Assembly (NCBI GenBank): GCA_965206645.1
Contig: CBDBKE010000002.1
Location: 288,001 to 352,000, forward strand
Length of the DNA: 64,000 nt
Direction: 5' to 3'
Source: Terriglobia bacterium
GTDB taxonomy: Bacteria; Acidobacteriota; Terriglobia; JAJPHL01; JAPKYU01
A program made the position numbers and the translations under genes. The notes under the pieces were generated by a model, which searched no databases, was not told the DNA's origin, and was given only the letters and a program-made list of their open reading frames with translations. Positions 61,926 through 64,000 of the stretch are shown in pieces (the first letter of the stretch is position 1; every line of letters starts with the position of its first letter).

Positions 61926-63047
61926 TTACTGCCAGTTTTTCTCGTGTCCCCCAGATATCCCCGAGTACACGGCCTGCAACAGAGCATTGATGCGTTCCTG
62001 CCGAGCCTGTGACCACTTGGCGTAATGCTTCCGCGCAACGTGCTCACCGATGCCAAGCACATCGGCAACATCCGCCATCGAGCCACCGCGTGCCAAAATG
62101 TCGGTGGCAAGAGTATGCCTGAAACGATGGGCGTGGGCGCCTTCTACCTTGGCCTTCTCGAACACAGCACCAAGTAGCCGTTCTGCAATGCCTCGGGCCG
62201 AGCTTTTCTTCCCCGACCCACTCCAGAAGAAATATCCGCTGTCCACCTGGCTACCGTTCTCGCGCATCGGGAAGGGTAGGGCATCCAGTGCGTTTTTCAG
62301 TTCCACGGGAATCGGCAACGTCACGTGACCCTTGGTTTTTTGGGTGAACAGTTGTATCTGCCAGCCGCGCCGGCCATCTGGTCTAATGCGGTCCTTGTCC
62401 AGCGTGACTGCATACATAATCCTCAGTCCGGTAAACCTGAGCAAAAGCACCAAAGTCCGCGCACGAAGCCGCTCATAGGAATTCTGGCCGATGGCGTCAC
62501 AGCTCGCTAGCATCTCTGCCGCCTGTTGCGGCGTGTACGGGACAACCTCTTTTGGTTGCGCCTTCGGTGTTTTGATTTTTCTCGCGTAGTTTTCTTTCGC
62601 CCACCCGCGCTCAAAACAGAAGGAGAAGAACTGCCGAAGTGTTTGCAGCTCTTTCGCTGCCGGCATGCGTGACACCTTCCGACCGACGCGAAAGGCATCC
62701 AGTTGCTCCAACCCAAGGGCGCTGACTGTCTCAATGCCGTTCCGCTCGCAGAAGTCACGGAGCTGACGCATCAGGCGCTTGTACTTGAGCAGGCTTGGTT
62801 CCTGCACGCTCAGTTGTGATTCCCAAGCAGCGATAGCTTCGGCAACGAGTTTCTGGGGTTTCGCGTCAGGGTCCTCGATTTGGGCGAGCTTGCGGATAGC
62901 CCGTTGCCAATCTCTCAGCTTCAGCGAAACGCGAAACTGGCGTCCATTGCGATCGCCGTCTGCCCAAATGGGGCAGTTGCAGCCGGTGTACTTGCGGCCT
63001 TTCTTCCGGTGTGAACAATTCTTCCTGTGGCGTCGGTAGAGATTCAT
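61926..63047 (-). CDS. Tyrosine-type integrase
   Basis: TGLRI, QKT, HRFRHT, KHY; N-terminal RRHxxxCxH...CxCP motif. Confidence 0.92.
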   Translation of the reverse strand: MNLYRRHRKNCSHRKKGRKYTGCNCPIWADGDRNGRQFRVSLKLRDWQRAIRKLAQIEDPDAKPQKLVAEAIAAWESQLSVQEPSLLKYKRLMRQLRDFCERNGIETVSALGLEQLDAFRVGRKVSRMPAAKELQTLRQFFSFCFERGWAKENYARKIKTPKAQPKEVVPYTPQQAAEMLASCDAIGQNSYERLRARTLVLLLRFTGLRIMYAVTLDKDRIRPDGRRGWQIQLFTQKTKGHVTLPIPVELKNALDALPFPMRENGSQVDSGYFFWSGSGKKSSARGIAERLLGAVFEKAKVEGAHAHRFRHTLATDILARGGSMADVADVLGIGEHVARKHYAKWSQARQERINALLQAVYSGISGGHEKNWQ

Positions 63048-63072
63048 GGTGCCTCCTGGTCGGCGCATTCTA

Positions 63073-63306
63073 CTACCGGCACCTCCGTTCGTACACTCGC
63101 TGAGCTACGGATTCTGGGATCCGTAGGGTGATGTGGTCCCGCTTGCTTCTCCGGCCTTCCTGCCCGATCTTCAGCACGCCAGGCTCGTCCCGGAAAATGT
63201 CCCGTATGGTGCGCGAGTTCAGCACCCACACCTTGGCCAGTTCTTGCGGGCTGAAATGCCGCTCAAACGCGCTTGGGAGTGTTCCGGGTTGGAGGTTGTG
63301 GTTCAA
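63073..63306 (-). CDS. Excisionase-like small HTH protein
   Basis: HFSPQELAKVW...TIRDIF...LRIPES; immediately upstream of the integrase. Confidence 0.65.
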   Translation of the reverse strand: MNHNLQPGTLPSAFERHFSPQELAKVWVLNSRTIRDIFRDEPGVLKIGQEGRRSKRDHITLRIPESVAQRVYERRCR

Positions 63307-63361
63307 AGGTCAGTCCCTACGGGCCATTCCGTTCCTCATGGCTCTTTCGTACTCGCTCCCT

Positions 63362-63853
63362 TCACGTGTTCGAGGTGTTTAATTGCTCTGATTCCGGTGG
63401 GGACGACCCAGGAGCCGTCCCCGGCCCTTCCCATTGAAAATTCGCCTCTGAACGACCCTCTCCCAAGTGATTCCAGCGATTCTGGAGGGCCGTCGCCCTC
63501 ATCCTAGCCAACTGCTCCCGTTGCTTCGGGGAGGCAGTACGACGGGGCCTCACTCCCGCCAGCTTCAGAACCGTTTTTACCTGAGCGGGGTTCAGCGGAT
63601 CGAACAGCGCCGATCCCTCTCCATCCGCGTCCTGCCAGATTTCGCACCCCACTGCTTTCCACCTCCGGCGGATGCTGTTCCACCTCCTCGGCGTCAGGTT
63701 CAAGAACATCACCCCGAGACGCTCGTCTCCGTGTTCGTACAGGTGGCCAAAGCGCCCATGCACGACCGGATCCCCTCACTCGTCGTGGCGCGTTTTGAGG
63801 TTGTGGTGCTTCGCGAACTCGCGAATCGTCGCCTCTTCTTGCCCACTTCTCAC
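63362..63853 (-). pseudogene. Element-borne hypothetical protein with in-frame TGA at codon 26
   Basis: GTG at 63853 overlaps the upstream stop (GTGA) and has a GAGGTG SD; frame continues through TGA at 63776-63778 into ORF 63362..63763. Confidence 0.55.
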
Positions 63854-64000
63854 TGTCTTCTTGCACCTCTGTTAAAAGCATCCGCAGGCGTTTGGTAACT
63901 CGGCCTCACCTCCGGGATGAAGCCACCTTCCTCAAGCCGCAAGGAAAACTTTGACTCTTCGGCAAAGCGATTCTTGAGGCAGCGTAAATCCACAGCGCGC
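63850..64000 (-). CDS. 3' end of a gene entering from the right edge
   Basis: Open frame AVDLRCLKNRFAEES...RRQ* coupled to the next start. Confidence 0.4.
   Translation of the reverse strand, partial: RAVDLRCLKNRFAEESKFSLRLEEGGFIPEVRPSYQTPADAFNRGARRQ

Larger units (their letters stand above)
61901..64000. mobile_element. Left end of an integrated element (prophage/IME-like) at the tRNA-Leu 3' end
   Basis: Integrase and excisionase-like gene pointing toward the tRNA; other att site is outside the window. Confidence 0.7.

Noticed and set aside
63776-63778. Selenocysteine recoding
   Set aside because: No convincing SECIS hairpin or redox motif; a nonsense mutation is simpler

Overview
GC-rich bacterial chromosome segment; gene content (Oar-like TonB receptor, CRTAC1/ASPIC-UnbV, DUF1501 and DUF1549/DUF1553 modules, integrase type) suggests Acidobacteriota, which is an inference. 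Layout: 1-24 kb secreted/periplasmic modules and catabolic enzymes; 24-37 kb IS-rich accessory patch (two near-identical IS1380 copies with CTAAG target duplications, one IS3, a doubly interrupted PEGA gene); 37-45.5 kb housekeeping core (rlpA, rhomboid, folE, aspS, hisS); 46-61.7 kb accessory block (third, mosaic IS1380, DUF1553-DUF1501 operon, sulfite/nitrite reductase, 2-hydroxyisobutyryl-CoA mutase cluster); tRNA-Leu(CAA) followed by an integrated element running off the right edge. Best candidate for an undescribed system: a 31-codon Cys-rich leader ORF (53425-53520, absent from the ORF track) with mutually exclusive antiterminator/terminator hairpins in front of the sulfite reductase, i.e. 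a putative cysteine-sensing ribosome-mediated attenuator. All calls are from motif recognition by eye; no database searches were run.
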